Source: an uncultured Dysgonomonas sp.
GTDB lineage: Bacteria; Bacteroidota; Bacteroidia; Bacteroidales; Dysgonomonadaceae
Direction of reading: 5' to 3'
DNA: 64,000 nucleotides
Assembly (NCBI RefSeq): GCF_900079725.1
Contig: NZ_LT599032.1
Location: forward strand, 1,170,871 to 1,234,870
In this document: piece after piece, positions 49,373 through 60,014 of the stretch
Layout of the letters: every line of letters begins with the position of its first letter
How positions within the stretch are numbered: position 1 is the stretch's first letter
Translations under genes and position numbers: made by a program
Notes under the pieces: model-generated
Databases searched by the model: none
What the model was told of the DNA's origin: nothing
What the model saw: only the letters and a program-made list of their open reading frames with translations

Positions 49373-49891
49373 ATGAAGACAATACTATACTTTGCTGCTA
49401 TGACCTTATTGATTTCTGCATGCGGACAAAACAAAAGTAATGACATCCCGAAATCCGCCCCGGTTGTAAATGCATCTCAATCGGAGAGTAATCTCCAAAA
49501 TCTGAAAAACGTGGAACTAACAGATGTAGATGGTTATTTTTCAACAAAGAGAGTCACATCTCCCGAAGTTATGCTGCTGAACGAAATGGATTTCGACAAG
49601 CACTTTCACCCGGCCAAAACATTAGATAATGTATTGACTTTGATCGATTTTGACACGCAAAGGGCAGGTGCTATTATCTTACCAGAGACAAAGAATGATG
49701 TCACTATCTCGCTTGACAGTTCGTACCTGAAAGGGAGAACACTCAATATAGTATACTCCATCATGCAGGAATCTGCCGAACGCTCGTTTACAATAACTCC
49801 AGCGAAAATTTTCACCTTCGATGCAAGCCTAAGCATAGATTCAGTTGCTTTCTATAATGGCAATTCAATTGTAAAGTTCGCTGTTAAATAA
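49373..49891 (+). CDS. Hypothetical lipoprotein
   Basis: Lipobox ISAC; FDKHFHPA...IDF motif. Confidence 0.7.
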   Translation: MKTILYFAAMTLLISACGQNKSNDIPKSAPVVNASQSESNLQNLKNVELTDVDGYFSTKRVTSPEVMLLNEMDFDKHFHPAKTLDNVLTLIDFDTQRAGAIILPETKNDVTISLDSSYLKGRTLNIVYSIMQESAERSFTITPAKIFTFDASLSIDSVAFYNGNSIVKFAVK

Positions 49892-49901
49892 TACAGAACA
49901 T

Positions 49902-49941
49902 AAAGAAGGGGATAAACAACAGTTGCTTATCCCCTTCTTTT
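49902..49941. terminator. Bidirectional terminator
   Basis: AAAGAAGGGGATAA...TTATCCCCTTCTTT. Confidence 0.8.
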
Positions 49942-49955
49942 ATTTTATCCGGCAA

Positions 49956-50426
49956 TCAGAATCTCACACCATATCCCAACATGATATTGGCATTATCTAC
50001 ATCCTGGAACGAATATTTAAATTCTACGTTCAAATAACCATTATTACCTATATCGAAACTACCTCCGGCTCCTATATTCACACCGAAATCAGTACTGCTA
50101 TCGGAATATCCGCCAATAGATAAGCGATTATTTACCATGGCAACACCAGCCAATGGATATAATGAAAAACCGCTCTGTATAGGAAATACATAATGTATAT
50201 TTGCATTAAAATCCAATCCGGTCAAATGATTATTTGGAAAATAAAAAGTAAAATCAGGAGCCAGACGGAGATTGTTGGTAATAGAATAGCGTCCTTCAAC
50301 ACCTAAACCAAATCTTTCATAATCCGTTTGATATCCGGCTTTAACTAATACTGACTTGGAACCGCTTTGAGAAAAAGCCCCAATAGAGAGCCCTGCCAGG
50401 ACTAATACTAAGAGTAATTTTTTCAT
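49956..50426 (-). CDS. Small outer-membrane beta-barrel protein
   Basis: Signal peptide, alternating beta strands, C-terminal GYGVRF. Confidence 0.85.
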   Translation of the reverse strand: MKKLLLVLVLAGLSIGAFSQSGSKSVLVKAGYQTDYERFGLGVEGRYSITNNLRLAPDFTFYFPNNHLTGLDFNANIHYVFPIQSGFSLYPLAGVAMVNNRLSIGGYSDSSTDFGVNIGAGGSFDIGNNGYLNVEFKYSFQDVDNANIMLGYGVRF

Positions 50427-50628
50427 TTTGTGATAAAATTAGTTTATAAATAAGTGAATCTTTATCGATTTTCTTTAATCTATAACAACAGAATTATTAA
50501 TTAGGTTCATTCACTGGTATTACTTATCAAGAAAAGAATCCCTTTGGTGAACTCATTTTTTATGCGTTTTTATGCTCTTTGTAAAAAAATTATTACTTTT
50601 GAATTAGGATTAAAAAAGTCTATTAAAA

Positions 50629-51180
50629 ATGGTATTCAGATTTTTACTTTTATCGGATGAAGTAGAAGACTTCAAACGTGAAATTCAGATAGATGCAGAT
50701 GCTACATTCTTTGATCTGCACAAAGCTATAGTCAAATCGGTCGACTACAAAGAAGGCGAAATGACTTCATTTTTCATTTGCAGCGACGATTGGGAAAAAG
50801 AGCAGGAAATTACCCTGGTGGAAATGGATACAAGCCCCGAAGAAGATTCCTATACGATGGAGGCATCTATATTAAACGACTTTCTGGAAGATGAACGCCA
50901 AAAACTGATGTATGTTTTCGATTATCTGACCGAACGCGCATTCTTCATGGAATTACGCGAAATTATCACAGGAAAGAATCTCGATGAAGCCATCTGTACT
51001 AAATCTATTGGTAATCCGCCTGCACAGGTCGTTGATTTCGACACTGTAGCGGCCACATCTACCACCCTCGATATAGGTGAGAATTTCTATGGTGACGAAG
51101 GCTATGACATGGACGAACTCGACGCTGAAGGTTTCGATGGTCTGGATAATGCCCCGCTACCGAGCGACGAGGAGTATTGA
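50629..51180 (+). CDS. Conserved acidic protein (pRiA4b ORF-3 / TnpR-passenger-like family)
   Basis: [27 protein letters not shown], acidic tail; stop overlaps the miaA start. Confidence 0.75.
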   Translation: MVFRFLLLSDEVEDFKREIQIDADATFFDLHKAIVKSVDYKEGEMTSFFICSDDWEKEQEITLVEMDTSPEEDSYTMEASILNDFLEDERQKLMYVFDYLTERAFFMELREIITGKNLDEAICTKSIGNPPAQVVDFDTVAATSTTLDIGENFYGDEGYDMDELDAEGFDGLDNAPLPSDEEY

Positions 51181-52094
51181 TGAAACAGCTTATAGTCCTG
51201 CTTGGCCCTACAGGCGTAGGGAAAACGGCGCTTAGTCTCAACCTTGCAGAGTACTATCATTCACCTATCATTTCAGCGGATTCGCGGCAATTCTTCAAAG
51301 GATTGGAAATAGGTACTGCTGCACCAACGACAGAACAATTGTCGCAAGTGCGGCATTTTCTTGTTGGCATGCTCGGTATCACAGACTATTACAGTGCCAG
51401 CGAATTTGAACGGGATGCATTGGATATAATAGCTGAGCAGCATAAGACACATGACGTCCTGGTTGCCACAGGTGGCTCCATGATGTATATAGATGCATTG
51501 TGTAACGGCATAGACGATGTGCCCACAATAGACGAGGAACTAAGGAAAGAGTTATATGACCTTTACGAAAAAGACGGATTAGAACCTATCCGTGCACAAT
51601 TAAAAGCCCTCGATCCTGATTTTTACAACATAGTAGACCTCAAAAATCACAAACGGGTGATCCATGCACTGGAAGTATGCCTGATGACAGGCAAACCATA
51701 TTCCTCTTTCCGTACCAATACAAAGAAGCCACGACCATTCAATATCGTAAAGATAGGATTGATGCGTGAACGTGAACAGCTTTACGAACGTATCAACCGA
51801 CGGGTGGATGAGATGATGGAACAAGGCCTGCTCGAAGAAGCGAAACAATACTACCCGCAACGCCAGCTCAACTCCCTGAATACAGTAGGATATAAAGAAC
51901 TGTTTAAACACTTCGACGGTGAATGGACCCTTGATTTCGCTATTAACAAAATTAAACAAAACAGCCGCATCTATTCCCGTAAACAAATGACATGGTTTAA
52001 GCGGGATAAAGATATACACTGGATAAACCTGTCGGAAACAACTGAAGAAGAAGCTTTACTGCAAATAATTTCTATAGCTGGTAATCATCTGTAA
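51180..52094 (+). CDS. miaA: tRNA dimethylallyltransferase
   Basis: [46 protein letters not shown] overlaps the upstream TGA. Confidence 0.96.
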   Translation: MKQLIVLLGPTGVGKTALSLNLAEYYHSPIISADSRQFFKGLEIGTAAPTTEQLSQVRHFLVGMLGITDYYSASEFERDALDIIAEQHKTHDVLVATGGSMMYIDALCNGIDDVPTIDEELRKELYDLYEKDGLEPIRAQLKALDPDFYNIVDLKNHKRVIHALEVCLMTGKPYSSFRTNTKKPRPFNIVKIGLMREREQLYERINRRVDEMMEQGLLEEAKQYYPQRQLNSLNTVGYKELFKHFDGEWTLDFAINKIKQNSRIYSRKQMTWFKRDKDIHWINLSETTEEEALLQIISIAGNHL

Positions 52095-52114
52095 TTTTTT
52101 CCTACCTTAGACGT

Positions 52115-53320
52115 ATGAAACGAGGACACGCCGACTTACCCCTCCACTATGGAACTGTGCCCCCTTGGCTGGCTCAGCGAATGAGCCTTCTGGGCGGAGC
52201 CATTGCCGAAGCCATCGTTATCGAATATGGGCGCCCGGCATTGTTGCAGCGTCTTAGCGACCCGTTCTGGTTTCAGTCATTAGGCTGTGTATTGGGTATG
52301 GACTGGCACTCGTCGGGAATAACCACCTCTGTGATGAATGCTTTGAAAAAGGCAATAAACAAACGTTCTGCCGAGTTGGGCATCTACGTTTGTGGCGGAC
52401 GTGGAAAATCGTCACGGCAAACACCTGCCGAACTTATCGAGATAGCTAATAAAACCGGTTTAGACGGAGATGAGCTGGTTAGAAACAGTAAATTATCGGC
52501 TAAGGTGGATAACACAGCCGTTCAGGATGGCTACCAACTATATCTGCATTCTTTTGTTGTAACCATCGATGGAGAATGGACTGTTATCCAGCAGGGCATG
52601 AATGGGAACAACCGTATGGCACGGCGTTATCACTGGCTTTCGTCGTCACTTGAATCCTTTATGGAAGAGCCTCATACTTCTGTCTGCGGAAAGAATCAGG
52701 GTTTAATACTAAACCTGACAGATAAGCTCGCTGTACCAACAAAAGAGGGGATAATGGAACTGACAAAAGAAACTCCGGATAAACTGATAAATGAGGTTTC
52801 CATCATTTTGCCGAACCATCATGACGTACGATCCGAAGATGTAAATCTGAAACGTCTGGGAGCCGCGCTCATTCTTGCCCACGAAACCAATGTTTCTGAT
52901 ATAGAATCACTCTTGCTGCTCGAAGGTGTGGGACCACGCACATTACAATCGCTTACTCTGGTCAGCGAAGTGATACATGGCACACCTTCACGGTTTTCCG
53001 ACCCGGCACGCTTCTCTTTCGCACACGGAGGGAAAGACGGGCATCCGTTCCCGGTTCCGACCCAGGTATATGATGAGACGATCGAAATATTCGACAAAGC
53101 TATCCATCAGGCAAAACTGGGAGATAAAGACAAATCGGAGGCGCTCAAAAACCTTTCCAAAATATCGCAGGATATGGAGAAAGGATATACCCCGAGCAAT
53201 TACTTTGACGACTTGGTACAACACGAGCGGAATACTTCATACAAATATGGAGGTAAAACCGTATTCGGTGATGCAAGAAAACCGAAGGACGAAGGGACGC
53301 AGTTGAAACTGTGGGACTGA
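52115..53320 (+). CDS. DUF763 domain protein
   Basis: ADLPLHYG.VPPWL, DWHSSGITT, AKVDNTAVQDGYQLY, HhH-like GVGPRT, FAHGGKDGHPFPV. Confidence 0.88.
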   Translation: MKRGHADLPLHYGTVPPWLAQRMSLLGGAIAEAIVIEYGRPALLQRLSDPFWFQSLGCVLGMDWHSSGITTSVMNALKKAINKRSAELGIYVCGGRGKSSRQTPAELIEIANKTGLDGDELVRNSKLSAKVDNTAVQDGYQLYLHSFVVTIDGEWTVIQQGMNGNNRMARRYHWLSSSLESFMEEPHTSVCGKNQGLILNLTDKLAVPTKEGIMELTKETPDKLINEVSIILPNHHDVRSEDVNLKRLGAALILAHETNVSDIESLLLLEGVGPRTLQSLTLVSEVIHGTPSRFSDPARFSFAHGGKDGHPFPVPTQVYDETIEIFDKAIHQAKLGDKDKSEALKNLSKISQDMEKGYTPSNYFDDLVQHERNTSYKYGGKTVFGDARKPKDEGTQLKLWD

Positions 53321-53421
53321 CTACAAGATTAGATTCTGCTTAATACAGAGCGAAGTATGCTTGTTTCACGGAATAAATTCGTAATTTTGCAGTCTCTTTA
53401 TAAAACTTTAAAATAAGCCGA

Positions 53422-55113
53422 ATGATTGCCGCCATAGTATGCTGGGTCTTAACAACACTTGTTTTCTTCTCATTTGGAGATATTTTCATCAGCCTTTATT
53501 CGAAAGTCCTGAAAAGGAAAGAAAGCTATTCTTTCTTTGAGACATTTCTCATCGGCTTGTGTGTTACCGGGACAATAATCTGTATATCATCCATCTGGTT
53601 GCCTTCCGATATAAAGATCGCCCTTGCTCTGGGTGTAATCTCAGTCTTCTATCTGATTGCTGTCAGAAGAAAAGATATCGTAAGCAAAGGACGTGCAACA
53701 ATCAAAAGCCTGTCGCCATTACAGATTATCTTAATCGGCTCTGCCGGATTACTATTTATGCTATTCTTCCTGGTTCCGCCTCAATTCCCTGATATATACT
53801 ATTATCACATGCAAAATATATTGTGGAATGAGCAATACCATGTTGTGCCCGGACTGGCAAATCTGGAAGAACGTTTCGGTTTCAACAGCAACCTGTTCCT
53901 CTTATGCTCTGTATTTGGCCTGCGCCCGCTATTCAGTGAATTTGTATTTGGGATAAATGCACTATGCATGGCATTTATGATGATATATATTGTAAGGCAG
54001 GCAAGCCACCGTCAGTTATTCCTTACAGCGCTATTCATCGCAGTATTCATACCGTTCTTTATGGAATATAAAACACATATAGGTTGTTCTTCTGCCGATT
54101 TGCTTCCCAATTTACTTATTATATACCTGTTGTTTATGCTTTTGACAGACCAGCAAAACCTCAGGAAGAAAAGTATCCTGTTCTGGCTGATACCGATATT
54201 CTGCATTACGCTGAAAGTATCCACTGTATTTATATGCCTCGTATCACTGTATCTTCTTATTCTGCTTATCAAAGAGAAAGATTATAAAGCCACTACATTT
54301 ATCTGCATTATTGCCCTGATAGTCGTTGCCCCATGGCTGGTACGCAATGTTATCATATCGGGCTACCTGATACACCCCTACCCTGCTGTCGACTTATTCA
54401 CGTTCGATTGGAAACTACCTGTTGAATACTCCATAGAATCGAAACGGTATATCGAATCTTTCGCCATCAGTTACGATGCCATGTATAATTCCAGTGATTA
54501 TATTCTGGATATGCCCTTGGCGGTAAAAGTCCAGAAATGGCTGGGTGAAAGGCATCCTCTGGATATTTGCATTGCAGGTGCAGGACTGGCATCTCCACTG
54601 CTGATGCTAGGTGCATTATTTAGAAAGAAAGGAATTATAAAAAATTATTCTACGCTACTGCTTGTCTGGATTATAGGGCTGATGGCCTTTATATTCTGGT
54701 TGGTAATGGCTCCGGCTGTAAGGTTCGGATATGGATTTATAGCTATTATATTTTCCATCCCTGTATATCTGCTATTCAAAGATTTGAAAAATCCGGCCAG
54801 GTTTCTATCAACCAATGTATTGCTGATAGCTACAATAGCCTATTTCGGCGTATTATCTGTTCGTTACTTCCTTGTTGTAAAAGAACCTTACGTTTCTTAT
54901 ACAGAAATACTCCGTAAGCCGCAAAGTATACAAACGCGTCTCGACAAATATCCCGTAACAATGGAAGTATTCAATTTGAACAATATAGACTTCTATAAAC
55001 CCCTTGATGGTGGTTGCTACGATCATGCTTTACCATGCAGCAATAATTATATAAAGAATCTGGAGATGAGAGGTAAAACTTTGCAGGAAGGTTTCAGGGA
55101 AAAGAAGAATTAA
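53422..55113 (+). CDS. Polytopic membrane protein (LIC_10190-like, possible glycan modification)
   Basis: More than 12 TM helices; DIYYYHMQ..W..PGLANL..RFGFNS, RNVIISGYLIHP, APAVRFG, EMRG..LQEGFR. Confidence 0.7.
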   Translation: MIAAIVCWVLTTLVFFSFGDIFISLYSKVLKRKESYSFFETFLIGLCVTGTIICISSIWLPSDIKIALALGVISVFYLIAVRRKDIVSKGRATIKSLSPLQIILIGSAGLLFMLFFLVPPQFPDIYYYHMQNILWNEQYHVVPGLANLEERFGFNSNLFLLCSVFGLRPLFSEFVFGINALCMAFMMIYIVRQASHRQLFLTALFIAVFIPFFMEYKTHIGCSSADLLPNLLIIYLLFMLLTDQQNLRKKSILFWLIPIFCITLKVSTVFICLVSLYLLILLIKEKDYKATTFICIIALIVVAPWLVRNVIISGYLIHPYPAVDLFTFDWKLPVEYSIESKRYIESFAISYDAMYNSSDYILDMPLAVKVQKWLGERHPLDICIAGAGLASPLLMLGALFRKKGIIKNYSTLLLVWIIGLMAFIFWLVMAPAVRFGYGFIAIIFSIPVYLLFKDLKNPARFLSTNVLLIATIAYFGVLSVRYFLVVKEPYVSYTEILRKPQSIQTRLDKYPVTMEVFNLNNIDFYKPLDGGCYDHALPCSNNYIKNLEMRGKTLQEGFREKKN

Positions 55114-55304
55114 AAGTATCGAAGACTGAACTATACAATTTATCAGGTGTTTAACCGTTGATAAGTAACAGTATAAAGTTTAAAGGTACGCTATCAAATC
55201 AGTAGTAGCTATTGCAGTTGTAAATACAAAAATAATAAATGAGTCTGAGACCTTTACAAATAAATTATCGTTACTTTGCATACCATAATCCACTAAGTTT
55301 GTGA

Positions 55305-56258
55305 ATGAGGTTTAAATATATCATATTATCCGTTTTGTTTCTTGTCTTTGGTTTCAGTACTGTTTACGGACAGTGGGATGCCCAGATAAGCCAGTACTGG
55401 CGGATGAAAAACTTCTACAATCCTGCCTTTATCGGCGAAACGGGCAATATAGAAAGCTCAATGCTACACCGCCGCCAGTGGGTAGGTATGACCAATGCCC
55501 CCGTCACCTCTGTTGTTTCACTGAATATGCCCGTTAATTTCTTAGGGAAAGAGCATGGTATTGGAGCTATAGTTACAAACGAAAAAGCGGGACTGTTTTC
55601 TAACACATATTTTCTCGGACAATATGCTTATAAGTTTAAGTTTAAGAACAATAAGGTATTGCATATAGGATTACAAGGCGGTTTGCTCAATGTGAATTTT
55701 GATGCTGCCGGTATACGCATCCCTAACAGCGACTACCATACCCCGGGAGATCAGGATCCTGCATTCCCCTCGGCTGCGGGGAGTAAAATCATTGATGCGG
55801 GGCTGGGAATAGCATGGATTGCTCCCAACTATTATATAGGATTATCGGCTACCCACCTTTGGGAACCGAAGTTTGACCTGAACGACAACAGTTCGGCTTT
55901 CGTAGGCCGTGCTTATTATTTGATGGGGGGATACAATATAAAGCTGAATAATCCGTTGATAGAATTGCAGCCTTCTGCCTTCTTTAAATCTGATGCTGTG
56001 ACCTATCAGTTTGATATTACGGCAAAAATTGAATATAATAAGCTGTTCAATGGAGGAATATCTTGGAGAAAAGACGAAGGTTTTGTATTTTTGTTGGGCG
56101 TAAAAATAAGGAACATAGACGCAGGCTATTCATACGACTTATTGACATCGGATGTGTCGACAGTCAGTCATGGAAGCCATGAGCTGTTTATACGCTACAG
56201 CATTCCGTTACAAAAGAAACGGGAAGTAAAAGCAAGCAAGAGTATAAGGATATTATAA
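55305..56258 (+). CDS. porP: Type IX secretion membrane protein PorP/SprF
   Basis: QWDAQISQY, YNPAF.G, RRQWVG...AP.T, GYSYD, GSHEL, KSIRIL end. Confidence 0.9.
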   Translation: MRFKYIILSVLFLVFGFSTVYGQWDAQISQYWRMKNFYNPAFIGETGNIESSMLHRRQWVGMTNAPVTSVVSLNMPVNFLGKEHGIGAIVTNEKAGLFSNTYFLGQYAYKFKFKNNKVLHIGLQGGLLNVNFDAAGIRIPNSDYHTPGDQDPAFPSAAGSKIIDAGLGIAWIAPNYYIGLSATHLWEPKFDLNDNSSAFVGRAYYLMGGYNIKLNNPLIELQPSAFFKSDAVTYQFDITAKIEYNKLFNGGISWRKDEGFVFLLGVKIRNIDAGYSYDLLTSDVSTVSHGSHELFIRYSIPLQKKREVKASKSIRIL

Positions 56259-56409
56259 AAGTTATAAATTATAAGTTATGAATTGCTATCATTACAATAC
56301 AACTTGTTTATTTGTATCTTGCAGATTAAAAAATATATTTTACAAAATTACGACAAACAATTAACATCAAGCCTAAAAAATAAGTAGCCGAAGGCTAACA
56401 GACATATAT

Positions 56410-57834
56410 ATGAAACAACTGTTTTTTGTAACTATAGCTTCACTTGTATTACTGGCTTCCTGCGGAAGGTCGACAGGTGGTTCAGGCATTGGCGGTGAAG
56501 TAACGGGCGAAAAAGGCTCATCATGGGCCGAACCGTCACCTTACGGTATGGTACTGGTATCGAGAGGTTCGATAGAAATGGGCCCTGCCGAAAACGATTC
56601 CCTGTGGGATATAAAAGCCAATCCGAAAGGTGTATCCGTCGATAACTTCTGGATGGACGAAACCGAGGTGACTAACTCTAAGTATCGCCAGTTTGTATAT
56701 TGGGTACGGGATTCTATTATTCGAGAACGTTTGGCAGACCCGGCTTTCGGAGGTGATGAAACCTTCAAAATAACTGAAGACCGTTACGGTGAACCTGTAA
56801 AACCTTATTTGGACTGGAAAAAGCCAATCCCCAAAAGACCTTTGGAAGAGGAAGAGCGTGCCATCAACAGTGTAACTACCATTCATCCGATCACAGGAAA
56901 GAGAGGCTTGGATCCTACCCAAATGAATTTCAAATACGAATGGTTCGACTATACGGAAGCGGCCAAACGCAGAAACAGGCTGAATCCACAAGACCGGATT
57001 TTAAATACGGACATAACTGTAGATCCCACCCAAGTGGTAATGATTTCGAAAGATACAGCATATATAAATGAAGAAGGACTTCCGGTGAACGAAACAATCG
57101 TCCGCCCTTTGAGTTCGCTCTTCGACTTTGTCCACACCAAGATTGTAAATATATATCCTGATACGACAGTTTGGGTAAATGACTTCAATAATGCGTACAA
57201 CGAGCCTTATATGAGGATGTACTTCTCTCATCCGGGTTACAACGACTATCCTGTAGTCGGCGTTTCGTGGGAACAGGCTACAGCTTTTGCCGAATGGCGT
57301 ACAATGTTTTACCGTATGGGACAACAGAAGAATGCCCGGCCGATAGAGAATTTCCGCTTACCTACCGAAGGTGAATGGGAATTTGCCGCACGAAACGGGC
57401 GTAGCGAGAATAAATATCCATGGGACAGAGAAGGCACAATGGACGAAAAAGCCTGCTTCATGGCTAACTTCAAACCGGGAGAAGGAAACTATACCAAAGA
57501 CGGAAACCTGATACCTTCGCGTGTAGCATCTTATATTCCAAACCGCTTTGGGATATACGACATGGCAGGAAACGTATCGGAATGGACATCGACATCTTAT
57601 ACAGAATCAGGCACAGAACTGATGAATGATATGAATCCGCAATACAAATACGATGCAGCAAAGGAAGACCCTTATGCTATAAAGAAAAAAGTTGTAAAAG
57701 GCGGTTCGTGGAAAGACATAGGACGCAATATCAGAGGAGATATGAGAGAAGGTGAATTCCAGAACCAACCACGCTCTTACATCGGATTCAGATGTGTAAG
57801 AACACAAATAGGCTTTGCAAAATCAAAGAAATGA
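56410..57834 (+). CDS. porK: T9SS lipoprotein PorK/GldK (FGE-sulfatase fold)
   Basis: Lipobox LASC; P.GMVLV.RG, FWMDETEVTN..YRQFVYWVRDS, NIYPDTTVW, YPVVGVSWEQA, RLPTEGEWE, GFRCV. Confidence 0.9.
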   Translation: MKQLFFVTIASLVLLASCGRSTGGSGIGGEVTGEKGSSWAEPSPYGMVLVSRGSIEMGPAENDSLWDIKANPKGVSVDNFWMDETEVTNSKYRQFVYWVRDSIIRERLADPAFGGDETFKITEDRYGEPVKPYLDWKKPIPKRPLEEEERAINSVTTIHPITGKRGLDPTQMNFKYEWFDYTEAAKRRNRLNPQDRILNTDITVDPTQVVMISKDTAYINEEGLPVNETIVRPLSSLFDFVHTKIVNIYPDTTVWVNDFNNAYNEPYMRMYFSHPGYNDYPVVGVSWEQATAFAEWRTMFYRMGQQKNARPIENFRLPTEGEWEFAARNGRSENKYPWDREGTMDEKACFMANFKPGEGNYTKDGNLIPSRVASYIPNRFGIYDMAGNVSEWTSTSYTESGTELMNDMNPQYKYDAAKEDPYAIKKKVVKGGSWKDIGRNIRGDMREGEFQNQPRSYIGFRCVRTQIGFAKSKK

Positions 57835-57898
57835 AGATATTAATTAAAAATGAATAATTAATAATTAATAATGGCGTAAGCGACTTGTAACTAAAATA

Positions 57899-58945
57899 AT
57901 GAAAAGAATATTCCATATAACAACAATATTGCTCTGCTTCTTCGGCCTGACCAATATGATACAGGCGCAGAACCAGCAGGAATCGCTTCGCGACAGACTG
58001 GCTCGAAAACAGCAGCAAGAACAAGGAGCGCAAGGTCAGAACAATGGCCCTAAGGTTCCTCAATTATCCGTTCGTGCCGAAATGATGAACGAAAATCAGA
58101 CACAGGATCTGGCAAATGCCACATGGATACGCGAAGTATACCGGTTTCTGGACCTGACTAAAGGCAAAAATGCAGCATTACTATATCCGGTACAGCCCGT
58201 AGGGCAGAAAATGAACCTGTACACAATGATTTTTAAACTGATGGCTAACGGAAGCCTTATCGGATACGATTGGAATCAGGGACAGGATTTATTTACGGAT
58301 AACTTGATTATAGATTTCGGCGATGTGCTCAACCGGCTTGAAATACCATATCAGAAAAACGGAAGTATCTATACATTCGACGAGTTTAGTATTCCCAGCA
58401 ATGAAGCGTTAGGTTATTACATAAAAGAAGCATGGTATTTCGACCAGTCGAATTCAGTACTAGGAGTGAAAACAGTGGCCATATGCCCGGTCTTGTTCCG
58501 CCAACGTTATTTTGGTGATGACGACCTCGACGCATCTGTTTCGGCTACAGGTTCCCGCGAACCGCAATTCTGGATACCATACGAATATGTAAGGCCATAT
58601 GCAGCGCGTATGCCGATTATGACTTCCGACCTGAATAATGTAATGAATAAAACCATCGACGATTATTTCAGGCTCAGACTATACGAAGGAGAGATATATA
58701 AGACGACCAATATGGAGAATAAGTTCCTGCAAGAGAAATTTACTACTCCGGAGGCATTGAAACATGCGCAGGACAGTATCGAAACCCAACTGAAAGATTT
58801 CGACAAAGGCCTATGGGTTATCAATGACTCTATAAAAGCGGCAGGGGATATGAATCCGAAGAAAGCAAAGACCTCAAAAGCCAGCAAACCAAAATCATCA
58901 TCTTCTTCATCTAATGCGACTTATTCAGCTCGCGACAGAAGATAA
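57899..58945 (+). CDS. porN: T9SS protein PorN/GldN
   Basis: W.REVYR.LDL..KNAALLYP, YYIKEAWYFDQ.NS, AICPV, FWIPY, DDYF.LRLY.G.IYK. Confidence 0.88.
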   Translation: MKRIFHITTILLCFFGLTNMIQAQNQQESLRDRLARKQQQEQGAQGQNNGPKVPQLSVRAEMMNENQTQDLANATWIREVYRFLDLTKGKNAALLYPVQPVGQKMNLYTMIFKLMANGSLIGYDWNQGQDLFTDNLIIDFGDVLNRLEIPYQKNGSIYTFDEFSIPSNEALGYYIKEAWYFDQSNSVLGVKTVAICPVLFRQRYFGDDDLDASVSATGSREPQFWIPYEYVRPYAARMPIMTSDLNNVMNKTIDDYFRLRLYEGEIYKTTNMENKFLQEKFTTPEALKHAQDSIETQLKDFDKGLWVINDSIKAAGDMNPKKAKTSKASKPKSSSSSSNATYSARDRR

Positions 58946-58974
58946 AAAGTTCTGGTTAAATAACAAATATAAGG

Positions 58975-59002
58975 AAGCAGCGGTCATTAGATTGCTGCTT
59001 TT
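58975..59002 (+). terminator. Terminator after porN
   Basis: AAGCAGCGGTC-atta-GATTGCTGCTTTTT. Confidence 0.75.
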
Positions 59003-59015
59003 TGTTATTCTTTCA

Positions 59016-59645
59016 CTGAAACTTTATCTATAGAATATCGCTGATGTATTTTTTCATCAGAAAATAGTTCTTTGAAGTATTGATTAGCCCCTCCATTGGC
59101 TCCGCTTCGCTCTGCCGATTTTGACTCCTTCGATTTGCAATTCAATTCTCCCCTCGGGGCAGCTCTGTTAAGTTCTCTGCTTTATCCTGTTACTTTCTGC
59201 TGTCATCCTGAGTGAAACGAAGGATCTCTTATCTTACAAGAGATGTTTCACTCCGTTCAACATGACAAAGAGGGTATAAATTTTAGAGCTTAACAGACCT
59301 GCCCCGAGGGCTGGCTACAGAGAGAGTAAAAGTAATAGATAGAAAAAGTGTAACCTTTGTTACCTTTTAACAAGCTATGAGTTGAAAGTAATAAGTTGAA
59401 AGTTATATGAGATACGAGTAGATAAGATACGAGATACAAGTTGTTAACCGACGGCTGTTAACCAATGACTGAAAATAGTGTAACCTTTACATACGCTACG
59501 CTCCTGTGACCGTTGGTTGTTACCTTTTTAACAAGTAATGAGTTTTAAGCAATAAGTAATAAGTTGAGAACTGTATTTCTGTTGACTGCTAACTGTTTAC
59601 TGTTAACTGTAAATAGTGTTACCTTTGTTACCTTTTAACTAAATA
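59016..59645 (-). repeat. Dispersed GGTAACAAAGGTAACA cassette (copy C, inverted, three doublets)
   Basis: Doublets at 59348-59368, 59478-59528 (with 30-bp insert) and 59616-59636; end signature ACTTTATCTATA...TAGTTCTTTGA at about 59020-59075. Confidence 0.8.
59151..59310. mobile_element. 160-bp IR-bounded element with TGTCAT/ATGACA REP doublet, nested in copy C
   Basis: CCCTCGGGGCAGCTCTGTTAAGTTCT / AGAGCTTAACAGACCTGCCCCGAGGG (24/26 inverted match). Confidence 0.65.
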
Positions 59646-60014
59646 TAGTTGAGAATATAAAATTAGAATAAAGCGTCATTAATGAGATGAAAAGCAAATC
59701 TGGATTTACAGGGATTATTAATTTTTCATTCTTCGTTATTAATTACTTTCTGTTGCTTTTTCCACTCAAAATTTACATTATGATTATTAGTGTAATCCCT
59801 AGCTGTGAACAAAATAGAATATAGTAAAAAATATGTTCACGGATTAACAAATCATTTTACTTTTTAATCAAAAACGCATTCCATTTCTTTTGAAAATCCC
59901 TTTATTTAATCTATTTTTGCATGACAATAGAAAAAAGCAATTGCATATGGTTATTTTCTATCACTATCAGCTAAAAATTTAACTATTCTAAATAACTAAA
60001 AACAATTTTAATTT

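Noticed and set aside
50629..51180. Mobile element suggested by the TnpR-passenger/pRiA4b-like family name
   Set aside because: No transposase or IRs; the gene overlaps the miaA start like a core gene
59349..59375. TGTAACC within cassette doublets as ECF promoters
   Set aside because: No CGTC -10 element at the 15-nt spacing seen in the two real candidates
59348..59636. CRISPR array interpretation of the three doublets
   Set aside because: Repeats are only about 21 bp, spacers are 87-109 bp, unequal, mutually similar and low-complexity; no cas genes in the window
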